Source of the DNA: Tricharina praecox
Lineage: Eukaryota
Length of the DNA: 64,000 nt
Assembly (NCBI RefSeq): GCF_024521635.1
Contig: NW_026250403.1
Location: 2,480,001 to 2,544,000 of the forward strand
Reading direction: 5' to 3'
Below the pieces are notes generated by a model. It had not been told where the DNA came from, ran no database searches, and worked only from the letters and a program-made list of their open reading frames with translations. The translations under genes and the position numbers were made by a program. Shown piece by piece: positions 47,669 to 60,258 of the stretch (positions are counted from its first letter, which is position 1; each line of letters begins with the position of its first letter).

Positions 47669-48503
47669 ATGTACCAAGGAGTTCATCGATCCTCGTCGGA
47701 TTTCACACAGCCCCAGGGTTTGGTGGCGAGTGATCTCGTATGTTTATCTCTTCTCGCCGGTGGTGGTTTTGAATCCTGACATGTACTAAAGAAAAATAGC
47801 AACTCAAAGGGTGGATACGCATATTGAAATTCTTTGCCCGTGTGCTCAGTCTTATCTGCAGGTGCGTGCTTCATCCAGTCTCCGCTCCGCATCCGCAAAG
47901 GAGGGGAGAGGGAAGGAGGAGGGAGGGACTAACCCTTGCCATCACAGTGCGGTCGTAATCGGGCTCTCGATCGCTACGTTCAAGATATTTCTCGCTACGA
48001 AAGACCTCCCGGCGCGTAACACGTTTCTGCCATGGGCGCGGCCGACGGTGCTCTGGCCACAGATCCTGACGCTCACGATCGCGTGCATCTCGTTCCTCGC
48101 GTGCATCTACGTGATTTGGGGGTACATCCGCAACGGGCACCGCGGAGGCGAAGCGGCATCTCCGCTGGCCACGACGGCGACGGTGATCGGCTTCATCGCA
48201 TGGATAGTTATCTGGGCGGCCGCCGGGACGTCCATGCAGACCGTCCGTGCATCCCAGGAGGGAAAGGATATGTGGGGATGGGCTTGCAATAAAGACGCCG
48301 GCCCGAGGAGACAGGCCTTTGCTAATAAGATCGACTATGACCTCGTCTGCACCATGCAGGATTGGAACTTCATTTGCACCATGATTCACGTGGCTACGGT
48401 GGTGCTTTCGGCGGCGGTGTGGGTCGCTGCTGTGTGGAGGTTGAGGGTTCAGTCGAGGATTCATAAGGGGTGTGAGAAGGGCGGTTCGCAGGGGCAGGCG
48501 TGA
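47669..48503 (+). CDS. HAM-8-like (hyphal anastomosis) four-TM membrane protein, short form (about 228 aa, 3 exons)
   Basis: Exons 47669-47737, 47800-47861 and 47948-48503 (687 nt); introns gtatgt..actaa..tag and gtgcgt..ctaac..cag. IFLATKDLPARN..PWA....WPQ, Y.R.GHR..E, KDMWGWAC and DYDLVC..QDW match the membrane domain I recall for Neurospora HAM-8 homologues. Exon 1 is the least certain part. Confidence 0.75.
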
Positions 48504-48700
48504 GGTTTCTTAATTCTATTAATCCTGTCATGAAATCGTTTTTGGGACTTCTTTACTGTTTTTATGGGGTTTGGGGCGTTTTGTATATCATCGAGGCCGA
48601 GAATTGTTACACCAGTGTCATTAGAACGCATCAAGTTAAATTCGTGAACAATTATCTTCCGAAGCTACCTCGTCCTCATCACGTCTACTACGATTATAGT

Positions 48701-49778
48701 TTACAGCTTCGCTGGTACATCCACCTTGAAACCCGCCTCCTTCTGGAAAATTTCGATCGTCTCGTTCCACAGCCTCTCCCTAATCCCTTTACCCTCGTCG
48801 TTAAACAGCAACGGATTGAACCTGTAAATTCCGCCATCAGTATCCGAACGCCACTACGGAGATGAGTGAAACTTACGGCAGAGTCACACCGATCCCGGTC
48901 GTCAAGGACCCGTGCCCATCCCTTCCTTTGACCACACCGGACGTGAGAACCCTCGCACAGGCCTCAGCACTCCACGTGATCCACCTGAAGTAGATGAGCT
49001 TCGCAAAGCCCATAAGCCAGCGCGGATACTCCCTGAACAGGTTCGTATCCGCCATAGCCGGGCAAACCGCATTTACGACGACATCGGCGCCGCTGACGCG
49101 CTCGGCGAGTGCCTGCACCCAAAACAGGTTGAGGAGCTTGCTGTTGTGGTAGTTTGCGTACACGTCGAAGCCCTTGCTTGCCGGATCGCCCATCCAGTGA
49201 ATCATTTTCGGGTGGTGCTTGGCAGGCAGAGTCGTCCAGGTGTTTGTGCCGCCGGCGACGACGGTGAGGTTTGCGGGCTTGCGCGGACACGCCTCGAGGA
49301 GCGGTAGGAGCAGGAGCGACATCAGCGATGTCGAGACGTGGTTTATCTGGATTGTCCTCTCGCGCCCATACGGAGACTTCTCGATCTTGGGGGTATTGAT
49401 GGCCGCATTCAGGAGGGCAATATCGAGGTAGGCCGTGCTCTCCTTCAGTTTTTCAACAAATGCGGAGATGTATTCGTGGCGCTCCTGGTCGAGCTCGTAT
49501 ACATCGACCTTTGCGTTCGGGTTCACCCGCTGAGTGGTTTTATCGGCGAGTAGCAGCTTTCGGGCGGCTTCGGCGCGGGAGAGCGAGCGAGACGTAATAA
49601 TTAGATATGATAGCTTGAGGCGTAATAGCTGACGACCACATTCGAAGCCGAGACCAGCATTCCCTCCGGTGATGAGCGCCGTCTTACCGGAAAGGTCGTT
49701 GCCCTCATATGGAACCGGCTTTGGAGTGGCGCGAAGTTGGTAGTAGATGAAGGAGGGTCTGAAGTTGTCGAGACTCAT
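48701..49778 (-). CDS. Short-chain dehydrogenase/reductase, retinol-dehydrogenase-like (about 340 aa, 2 exons)
   Basis: Exons 49778-48877 and 48821-48701 (1023 nt). TGGNAGLG Rossmann motif, LDIALLNA, catalytic YHNSK, VNAVCP; last exon RERLWNET. Confidence 0.93.
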
Positions 49779-50042
49779 TGCGGCGGCGGTGTTCCACGCA
49801 ATGTATTATTGACGGCTTTAACTTGTCGTTGTGAGGTGAAGTTTGCGTGTTCAGCTTGTCTATCGAGTTTGTATATGCTCGGAGAAATATAGAAGCTCCG
49901 TGAGGAGGTACACAGGTGGTTTAAGTACATGTAACCACATAGATGTCGGTCACTTAGAATATAGTCAGAATATGCTTGTCCATTATCTGCATGGACCGCC
50001 TCCGCAATAGCACTTCTCCCTCGATGTACGAGTAGATTGAGA

Positions 50043-50219
50043 CATACACTTCGGAGACTTCATTCGAAGCACTTCGCCGGTAACATCTCTGTGACTTTGG
50101 ATGTCACGGAATGTACGAGAACTTTGATTGCCATACGCAAAATACCAAAAGATACACTGCGAAGACTTGATTCTAGGCAACTTTCCGGTAACATCTCGGC
50201 GACTTTGACTGTTACGGAA
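50043..50219. repeat. Imperfect direct repeat: 69-bp core at 108-bp spacing
   Basis: 50043-50111 and 50151-50219 align without gaps at 54 of 69 positions by my count. Confidence 0.8.
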
Positions 50220-53200
50220 TTCCGGGTGCTTTTTGGTGTTTCACGGGCCGGCATCGTACACGGCAATAAAAAGCGAAAGCAGACAATGTTGGACAGTACA
50301 CGGTATATATTTCCTCCGTGTTGCATGTCAGAATCTTCCAAAAGATTCGACAATACGTTTACACTATCATTATTCGTTAGTCGCCGAAATGTGTGCGAGA
50401 AGACACGGATGTCCGGTGCTACCAGAGTTGTCTGACGCAGTATCGATCTTTACTGTCGGCGGCAGACCATCCAGCGCTTATCTCGTTACACTGGGCGGAG
50501 ACAACGAACTGGTTCAGTTGGCGGGTAGATTGTAGGCGTTTCAGTTGGGTTGCCGCCGGCTGTCGGATTTGCAAATTGCAGCTGTTGCGGTTCGCTCATG
50601 ATTTTTGGCCCAGTTGAACGGCCAAACTGTTTGCACTGGCAGTTTGAATGAAACTTTTTTTCAACACCTTTCACAGCCTAGAAATCACTAATAACCGCAA
50701 AATAAAACCCCCTTACATACTCATATGCATCCGACATAACAGCTTACTTAGTACAGCTTCGCAGCGGCAGACATGATTACTCCACCGCATTACTACCAAT
50801 TCGATAGCAGTTTCACAGTCTGGAGGAGTTCAATCGGAACTATTGATTACATGCGACCTATCTAATTATGGCAATAAAGACTCCGCTTCTTCATCAAGGA
50901 ATTTCATGAAAGAGTATATGGGGATGCAGCTTGCAAGATGCAACAAGTGCGGCGAGGTTTCACTCTACATCACTCGCATGCCCGACTTGGCGCGTGTTGG
51001 AAATGGTGATTGAACAGTGAATTGTATAAGAACTTTGTATCTTATTCAGATAACAGAGGTTATAGTCTCAGAGAAGGTTAAAGGCTCGTGATTTCCACCA
51101 TGAGTATGCCATCGAGTGGTATATTATCAGCGCGCAGTGTTCGCAACAGAGTTAAGCCTGCCCATATAATGCACTGCTCGGAACCCGCAAGCCCAAGATC
51201 ACCCTCGATTCAAACGATTGGTCGAGGTGAGAGAAGAAGTAAGACAGCGGAGCTAGCTGATGAAAGTTGCCCTTGGTCAACATCTTTGCATGCCGTTGCG
51301 AGGATTATCACTCGTTTAAAACTCAGGGCTGAGTTTTTGGCGGCAAGTTGCAACTGACACCATTGAATGGAAGGAATCAGTCCAGCCCAGCCCATAAAGT
51401 GAAGGGTCATGCTTAGACGGTCCGTCAAACACTTTCCGAAATTTTGAGGCGATGCCGCACTGGGAGGCACTGGAATGTCTCGACATCTGGCAACGGGATG
51501 GACTTGCACATAGCTGCTACAAAGGACGATTGCAAGGAGATGGGGCGATGCGTATTGTACTCTTTGAGGAGGAGGATTTACAAATTACAATAGCTTTATA
51601 AAAACTTCGTCAATAATGTCCAACAGGAACTGAAACTGGAAAAGCAAGTGCGAGTGCTGGAGTATGATGGTACTATGCTCCAGTGAGGACGAATTGCTGT
51701 CCAAGTTTATTACTCTAACGGGCTGCAGCCGTGAGGATAGGCTACACGATCACCTGTTATAGATACTTAGGTGACTGTAACTGATTTATGGTTTGTAATG
51801 GACACTTTATGTCGGCTGTTGAAGACACGAGCAATCACACATCAAAACGATATCTCCGCCGGTCTTCGATCCCTCCAATACTCCAGGCCTAGTGATTCAT
51901 CTGCCACATCCACCAAAGCCGATGTAGGCGCCTAATGGGGAAGCCACATGGTCGGTGGCCAGAGGGAAGCTAAGTCACTACTCACACGGCCGGAAATTTT
52001 GGCCGTGTGAGTAGTCAGTTACATAGAGTACATAGCAGCGACCTTGCAGCGGGACGTTCCGCTGCGGACCCCAGTCCACACCGAGAGTCAAGACAGGTTG
52101 AACGGCGAACATGTGGATCAAGCCGATACTTTACGGAAATCAGCCTCGCCGTGGCTTCACTTCACCACGCTTGTGTTTCCACATTTTCGTTTCTCGGCTA
52201 CTCCCCCTAATCGGGCTGGGGCTCGCCACTCTGCGACCTCTCTCGAGAAACATCGTACGGTACATACCCCTACTTACCTTGCCATTGGGATTCCCGCCAG
52301 CCTTCAAATTACCTCCAGGAACAGGTCACAGAGTACATTGCCAACAAGCGACTCATGAGATCCGGATCTCGTGAAGGAAAAGAAGAAAAAAACCAGGAAA
52401 AAAAACATATCATGTTGAACTCCGGACCCCATCTTCCTAGAGTATATCTAGGGTATATCACCCAATATCCGTCCCCTCCCTAGTTATCCGGGCGGGCGGA
52501 ACACGATTGCCAGCGACCTATTTTCGGGGCCCGGAGCCACCGTTCAATCGCTCTACATCAGACAGCCGTCCGACCAGAGGTCCAACACGCACAAACAAAA
52601 TATAGGTCACATAACTGTAGATACAGTACATACAAAGTATCTACATACAACTTCGGCGACACTCCCGGATCGGATCGAATCGCTATACCTAGTATATTCG
52701 CCCGCGTTAATGTTCCAGGATTAGGCAATTACAATCCGATATTCAGATTTAGGTGGCCAATGATGACGCCAGGTCCAGGTGATACCGATACCTACCGAGG
52801 TAGATCTATCCACACCACACGGACCGAGCGAACCTCCTGACCTTCCATGCGCAGGCTCGGCGTCGGCGACGTCGGCGCTTCAGGCTTCAGGCACTGGGCT
52901 CTGGGCCTTTCAGTGGCCGGGGGGGGAGCGTGTTGCAAGTTACAAGTTGCGAACCAACGACTCTCGTCAGGGGGGTACCGCAGTCGGAAGCGCCTGTAAG
53001 GAGAAGAAGAAGGAGAAGAAAAAAAGAAGCAGGCAATTATCACGATCAGCCGTTACACGGATCGCCGATCAATCCGTGGCTCGCACGGTCGCACCCAAGT
53101 AAGTAGGTGCATATGTAAGTAGTTACCGCGCCCGTTTATCTGGCGGCAAAAAAAAGGAGCAACAGTAGGCGGGAAGCGTCTAAGTCAACCGCGCACTGCA

Positions 53201-56200
53201 TACTGCATCACGTCTGATAGAGTAGAGCGATCGCTTCATGGTGTGTTACATCGAGACGTGCATAGTTCAGACGCGGCCCGCGCTCCGATGGATTACCTAC
53301 GGTATCTGTACTCTAGTAAGATATTCGAGAAATTTCGCTGTATGTACTGGTAGCAGAATAATAAAACGGCAGAGGAAATTCGGGCCAAACCGGTGACTGG
53401 TGGGTCAGCACCTTGGTAGGTACCTATCGGGGTGAGGATTTTTTGAAAACGTTGATCTCCGAAGCATCGTATCATGTGTACCAGTACATGCCTGAATTCC
53501 AACAGTGGATCAGGTGCAATCTCAAGTTTCGACCCTAGACTGTCTCTCCGGTATTCGGCCGGAAGTCTCCAGCCTACACGATGGCTAACTAACTGGGATG
53601 TGGATTCGCCAACACCGATTCGATTAAGGTTCGAAACCGGCGTGTGGATGGCCAGTTGCGCGCGAGACACCGGAAGACGGCCATGTGTAGGAGTGTAGGT
53701 TGTCGCCAGGGTGGCATATACTAGCAGTTAATTATTAGTTAGTTACTCTCTACCTATCGAACAATAGCCGTCCGCTTGAAATACCTAGGTAGGCAATCAA
53801 TTCTCCTAGTCCATCCCCCGTCAAAGCTCGTGTTTGGGCCGTCTATGCGCGTTTCTGTGGGATTGACTTTGAGCGCGGGGAGGGGTGGGGTTCCTGTTCC
53901 TGCAGGTCCAGTCACGTCCGTATGATCCGAGGTTGCATGATGCTCGCGAATGAACGTGCGTGGGGGAAACGTATGTACATGCTTACATGCATACGTGGGC
54001 ATAGTTACCAGCGCCGAAGCATACATAGGACAAGCTCATTTCGGAACGACGCTTGTCTGGACAGTGGATTCTGCGCAGGCGACGTGACGTCGCGGAGTTC
54101 TAAGACCTCAGCTCTCCGAGTCAGGAGGTAATCTTTTCTAACGGCCACAACGCTAAGCTTAAAAAAGGTGTGTGGCTGTGGCAAGGAGTCACGTGCTTGC
54201 AGCAAAGAAAGGTTTTCACCCCTGAGTTCCGTGTCTGTACCATAACCACCAACCATTCCTACTACCACCATCACCATATCCAAATAACTTCAACCAAATG
54301 TCTTCCGGTATGACTTCCCTCCCACACTAGGTATGCGTTGTATTGAAAGAAGCAGCTCTTTCAGTTAGATAAATCCGCTGATTTACCTGTGGATCAGTTC
54401 AGCGAAGTTGGGCCGTTGGTGGGCAGTGTCTACGCGTTTCGAAATAGGAGTATACAGCAGAACAAAGCAGTATCCAACCACGAGTCGATGACAATCCGAT
54501 CCAACACAGAATCAGCAGCGTCCGTGATACCGATCAGTGTCCGGTTACTGTCAAGTTGACGCGTCAACTCGTCGGACTGCATCCCACCGTTATTCTCGAA
54601 CGCGAAACCAAACATTACCACAGTTACCATTTTGAAACCAGTTGCACGGCGAAAAAGTCAGCTGATCGCGACAGAAGTCGAGAAGAACTACCTATTCCGC
54701 TGCTCATATTTTATTTTTACTTGGAAACCGAAACGAAGGATTTAACCTGATGTCTAGCAACGGTATATTCATATGTTTGATGAGCTTGAAACAGCTGTGT
54801 ACGTGACGACTGGAGTGGTAGTGTTAGTGGAATGAGTTGATGGGGGAAACCAAATGCGAGGCCGTCGCCAGCAGAAAGTCTCGGACTTGGATGGACCAGT
54901 TTAGAGAAGCTGTTGCACCGCCGGAGGAAATTTTCGAAAGGCAAAGGCCATGGGAGTTGTATATATTTTCTTTTAGAATAATTTTACTATGAGACGAGTA
55001 ATCGCTGCAAAAATCTGAATTTCTTGTGACAGTTATAATTTTCGATGGGATTATTTGAAGGGCATGAGTCGGTATGCCGCGGAATCTGCTATGGTTGTGC
55101 TGTGCTGACGACGGTGTTGGTATGTATGTAGGCCCTAGGGGCGACTCTTCGACAGGCGACAGCCACACCCACATCTGTTGTGCCACACGCTAAACTTTAG
55201 CGTTGCGGCCGCTAGAAAAGATTCCGTCAGGAGCCAGCGGGCGTGCGTCATCACATGCGCAGCCAGCGGCCACGGCGCGACTTCGTGATCTTTTTTTCTT
55301 CTCTTTCTTTCTTTTTTATCCTTTCGTCGGTGGGATGACATCTAGCGATGGGGGTCGCATGCCGTCCGCACGCTGTCTAGTATCCGCACAGGCTGAAGAT
55401 TCGACTGTCAAAAGAAAAACAAAAAACAAAAAACAAAAAACCGGTTGGCCGGTTGGGATCGAAACATGGCAACATGGAAATTCCGGCTCTTCAGCAGGTA
55501 TCATCCATCCATCCATCTATGTACCCATCCATACTTGGTACATACCCTCGCATCCCAGCGTATCGACGGACCACTGGAGCTTCACGTTGTGAGAGGTGCT
55601 ATGGAATTGAGTTCTGCCAGCTAGCCAGCTATGTGAACCGGCGCCGGTAGAGTACTACCTATATCAAGTGTGCTCCCGCAACGGATTGCCGGAAACAATC
55701 GATGGGCCTTCCAAACATCGCCCGTCCAATAAACACGTACCTTGCAGGCCTGTTTGCGATATCTACTCTACTCTACTCTACGTGTATTCGACGTATGCAG
55801 GTACATAGCTTGTACTCTATGTACTCTAAGCCTAGCGGGGGCCGGCGTGGTACTGAGCAATGAGCATCTCAACGCATTTTTCCTGTTCGGCTCCGAGTGC
55901 CCCCCTCGCCGTGCGCTGTAACTAGGCTGGAGCCGAGTGGTATGCAGCGGATATAGGGCAAAAGCCTGAAACTTTTCGGCTATGATGGGTGGACAATATA
56001 TGTCTGTTTCAACTTTCCTCTGCCACTTTGCTCCCTATGGTGTCCTATCCCCAACGCAGGCAAGCGGCTGGATCGGCGGTCCGAAACAGTCGACCGTTGC
56101 CAAGCTCAGCGGATGAAGTAGACCACCCTGGCGTGCGATCGATATTGGCCATGGGTTTGTTTTTTCTGCTTCTTCTCTGCTTCTCTGCTTCTTCTTTTTC

Positions 56201-59200
56201 CGGGCCCCTGGGTGTGCCGATGCGCCCGTTACACATCCCATCACTCACGTCTGCAGCACAGCACATAGCACAGAACCCATACGCCCTATCCACTCTACCG
56301 TACTCCGTTCTATCCACCTCATCCACAAGTTTCGTCCGTCGTATATCGGGCTGGGGTGGTGGGGGGGGGGGGGGGGGGGGGGAGGGCCTGGGTTTAAATG
56401 ACGGGGCTAGCCATACGAGTGCCCGCCCCACCAAGGTTCTCGCCGACCCACTCCACTTCGTTTCACCCCACCAGCATAGCATCATCACCGCACCGCCGGT
56501 GCGTATGTATGCACCGCCCAGTACCCACCGCCCACCGCGGCCCGCATCGGCTTGGTGGGGCTTATCCGGCTATTTGGTACGCACATATGTAGGTAGAGTA
56601 CGTACCGCGAGATTCCTCTGACCACCACCCGACCCGATGCACTGCACCCGATGCTTCCGATGCATCCACAGCAGAGCGTTAGAGACATAGGTACGGTATC
56701 CACACACTCTCGGAATGTGCGTGCGTGCGTGTGCAATTGAACATGTATGTAGCCCGGAAGTGTGCAGTGCTTGGCTATAGCACCGTACATAGCAGCCAGG
56801 ACTGAGGAAACAAGGCTTGCAAGTGGCCGAGGGCGTAAGCAGGCCAGCAAATAGTGTTTACTAGTATGTAGCCTCCAATGAAACCCCGACCCGACGAACA
56901 CATCCATAGGTATGTAGGTATAGTAGAGCATGTAACCCCCGGCGGCCAAGCATTCGCTGGAGCATTGAGCAGAACAGATATTCGCTCGTATGTAAATATG
57001 TGCGGTGTATGTAGGTGCGGGCGTTTCGGAGAAATCGGAGGTGCAGAGATGCAGAGATGCGGAGTTGCGGATCTGGGAATTGCCTGACCTCAGCAGTTTT
57101 TTTCGCTCGCTCACGGCTCCCGAAACACACCATACCGCAGTTCGCAGTCCACACCGCAGTCAGCAGCAGCAGTCCCGACCGGCGCCGGCGGCCGGGCACC
57201 TGTCCGTCAGCGAACTCAGCGAACTCAGCCCTCGTCTTCCCGCTCCCCACACCCCCGCACCCGGTCTGTATGTACTTGCATACGGTACAGGAACGCGGAA
57301 GAAAACGATGAGGAAAAGAAAAAGAAAAAGAAAACAAACAAATAATAAATAAATAAACAAATGATTAAAGTTTCGATACGAGGGACGGCCCGGGGTTATT
57401 GGGATGACCAAGTTGACGGGGAGAGGAGCATCCGATCACCGCAGAACCGCAGAACCGCAGAACCGCACCAACCGCTCTAACTATCAGTCTACTCTATAGT
57501 AGTAAGTATTTACGCACGCAAGCACATACTTGGGTTGTTAACCAGCGCGGCCAACGCTTTTAGCCACAGCCTACAGGTAGCGACTAGTATACTCACATTC
57601 CGTGTACTTATATACGGGAGAGGCGAGCTATGTAGACGGGCCCGGCTGTGTCTGTGTGTGTGTGTGTGGGCACGCTACGATAACTACTATACACGAGCAA
57701 TTCACATGTGGGTGGGGGGGTCTATATCGCCCATTTTTTTATCGATATCAGCCCATGGGTAAAGCCGCACACACAAAAAACCTTAGTGCGGGATGTAAGT
57801 ACTATACGAGGCAGGTACACGCTCCAGTTTGGCAGCGGTATGATGAGGTATGAGGTATGTATGTAGTGCATATGCACAGATGCATTGGATACTTACTCTA
57901 CCTATATATGATAGATATAAATTAAAGCCGGCCGGTGCGGGGCAAGCATATGGATTGTAACGATACGAGAATTGTATGTATGATGGATGGATGTAGGTAG
58001 GAATTGTACAACACATGAGTACCGGTACCTTCCTACACGCCCAAATTCACTCATGAGTGGAAACCCCCGCCCCCGCCTTGCTTTCTTTTTTTCGGGTTCT
58101 TTTTTGTTTCCTTTTATCTTTTTTGGAATTGATTTTTTCAATTGCCCTGAGTGACTCAATTCCGACAAGTCCACCACCCGTCATCTGCGTAGAGCTCTTC
58201 GTACGCTGCTGACAGGAAAGTACTTGTATGTATGATAGGTGGTGAGAAAGTGAATGAGCCGCCCAAACACCACCTCGTAGATACCTCGCACCGTACCGTG
58301 ATAGTGCGACACACCCGACTGAATTTCAAGGCGCAACGACCAACGACTCATGGGACAAACGCGCCTAAAAACCGCACAAGATGCGCGTCCGCATCTGAAA
58401 TCGAACGCTGACGATTCTCGCCGCTTTGCAGCCACGGGGTACGTCCGTAAGTGCCCGAGGAGCATATGATAGTGGAGTACTCACTGCAGTACTCGGGCCG
58501 GAAATGTGGGTTTAATCGGGTGCATGGTGCCCACTGATGGGAACAGCAATCCACCTTCACATCGGATGAGTTCCGTCTGCACCAGAGCGGGGCACAGTGA
58601 GCGGGAAAGAGTACAATTCACGCCGTCTACTGTAGTCCCCAGACAATTGACTCCACTTATGATACCGGAAGAAACTCATTTTCTATTGAACGAACACGCA
58701 GCACGCAACCCGAGTAACCCAAGAAGAAATCCAAATCCAAAACCAAAAATCCAATTTCCTGACCGAAATCCCATACCAGCCGTGATTCCCGAAAGAACGA
58801 AAACGAAAAAAGGGAAACAACCCGACAAACAAAAACAAAAAACACCACGCACCGTCTATGTAAATAGTATGTATCCTGACCAACCAGCCCTAAAAAAGTA
58901 ACAAAAAAAACAGTAGCACGTAACATACATATACTCCCCATCCGTGTCTATATTCCGATCCCTTCCTCCCTCCCTCTCGTTCTCTCCCCTTTTTCTTGCC
59001 CCGATCCCCCCGATCCCTCGATCCCGTAAACCTGTCAGTGTAGCCGTTTTTCCCGCGCATAGTACAATGTGAAGTGCGGCGACAAGCCCCGCAATAAAAA
59101 TGATCAGCCCAGACAGACTCCCCAGCCGAAAAAAAAAAACCGAACCCGGAAAAGAAAAGGATAAATAAAGGGAATCAAAAATACACGGTCCCACACGATC

Positions 59201-59230
59201 GATGACGAAGAAGGGGAAGAAGAGGGAAAA

Positions 59231-59266
59231 GAAGAAGAAGAAGAAGAAGAAGAAGAAGAAGAAGAA
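59231..59266. repeat. (GAA)12 microsatellite downstream of the 55-aa gene
   Basis: Perfect trinucleotide run. Confidence 0.95.
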
Positions 59267-59697
59267 AAAAAGAATCCGGAACAGACAGCGGGGAGGTGCA
59301 ATAACGACAATACGAAACGGTATCATCAATTAATCGCTGTTGAGTGCGGACTGTGTTGAATGGCAGGGATGGCCCAGACCGCTTTGACGCGGTGAGTGGG
59401 GCTGTTGCCCACATCCTTCCATCCAGTGTTCCATGCGCTTCTCCGATCGTTGTTCGTTTCGTTCGCTCGTTCGAATTCGTTCCGACGCCCTTTATGTTGC
59501 AACCACTGACCGCTTCGTACCCGGAATCCCCTCTCTGAACACGTGCCCGCGAAGTGGGCGATGTCTTCTTTTTTTTTTTTGCTTCTCTTCGTCTCTCGGT
59601 CTCGGTCTCGGTCTCGTCTCAGGTCTTCCTCTTGGTCTTCGTCTCTCCGTCCTCTTCTTTTCCTCGTGCCCTCTCGTATCCACTCGTCCTGTCTCCT

Positions 59698-60258
59698 TTA
59701 TGTGGATTGACAAGTTCCTGCCCAACCACAGTCAGTACCTAGAGCATATGGCCGTGGCCAACACGACTGGAGGGAAGGAGACATACCGCATCTATGGTCG
59801 TTTCGATGATCTTCGCCAATAACATTTACCCCGCAGCGTACGGTACCCTGACTTTGCACATACTGCGTGCACCAGGCTCTCACGATGATTCGGAAATGTC
59901 CTTTGATCACTGTCAGCTTCCTGTCCTTTCTTTTCTGTTTGTCCATTTGTTTCCGTGTTCTTGTGTGGGTTGTGGCTTGGTGGCTGGCGCTTGCGGGTGC
60001 ATGCGTCTCCCACCACTCTCCCAACCACCATTCCCAGACCCGAAGGAGTGGAGGCGAGGGTGGCGAGAAGCGGAGGTATCGGGGAATATTTTTTGGAGGC
60101 TTGGGGAAAAGGAAAGGGGAACGTGCGGATCATGAGATCGATCCAAAGCAATAGATTGACTGTCTGGCCATCTTTCTTTTTGGTACACTGGTAGTGGTTG
60201 GCTGGCGGTGTCGATAGAACTTACCGCATCCATAGAACACCTTGGTATAATCACACAT
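59698..60258 (-). CDS. Spliced Cys/His microprotein, 55 aa: MCDYTKVFYGCGHFRIIVRAWCTQYVQSQGTVRCGVNVIGEDHRNDHRCGTCQST
   Basis: Exons 60258-60225, 59900-59787 and 59717-59698 (168 nt). Start context gccaccATG. Intron 1 gtaagt...gctgac...aag (324 nt); intron 2 gtatgt...actgac...cag (69 nt); both phase 1 in Gly codons. Resembles recalled fungal hypothetical proteins of the MCDYTQVEY.CGH.R..VRAWC..Y.....RC...V......CGDC type. Confidence 0.88.

Noticed and set aside
32529-58016. Other Met-Cys-starting short ORFs (e.g. at 32529, 43277, 53474, 58016) as further microprotein family members
   Set aside because: None has the CxC/CxH motif 8-9 residues after the MC or supporting splice signals. Members with a split first exon could still have been missed.
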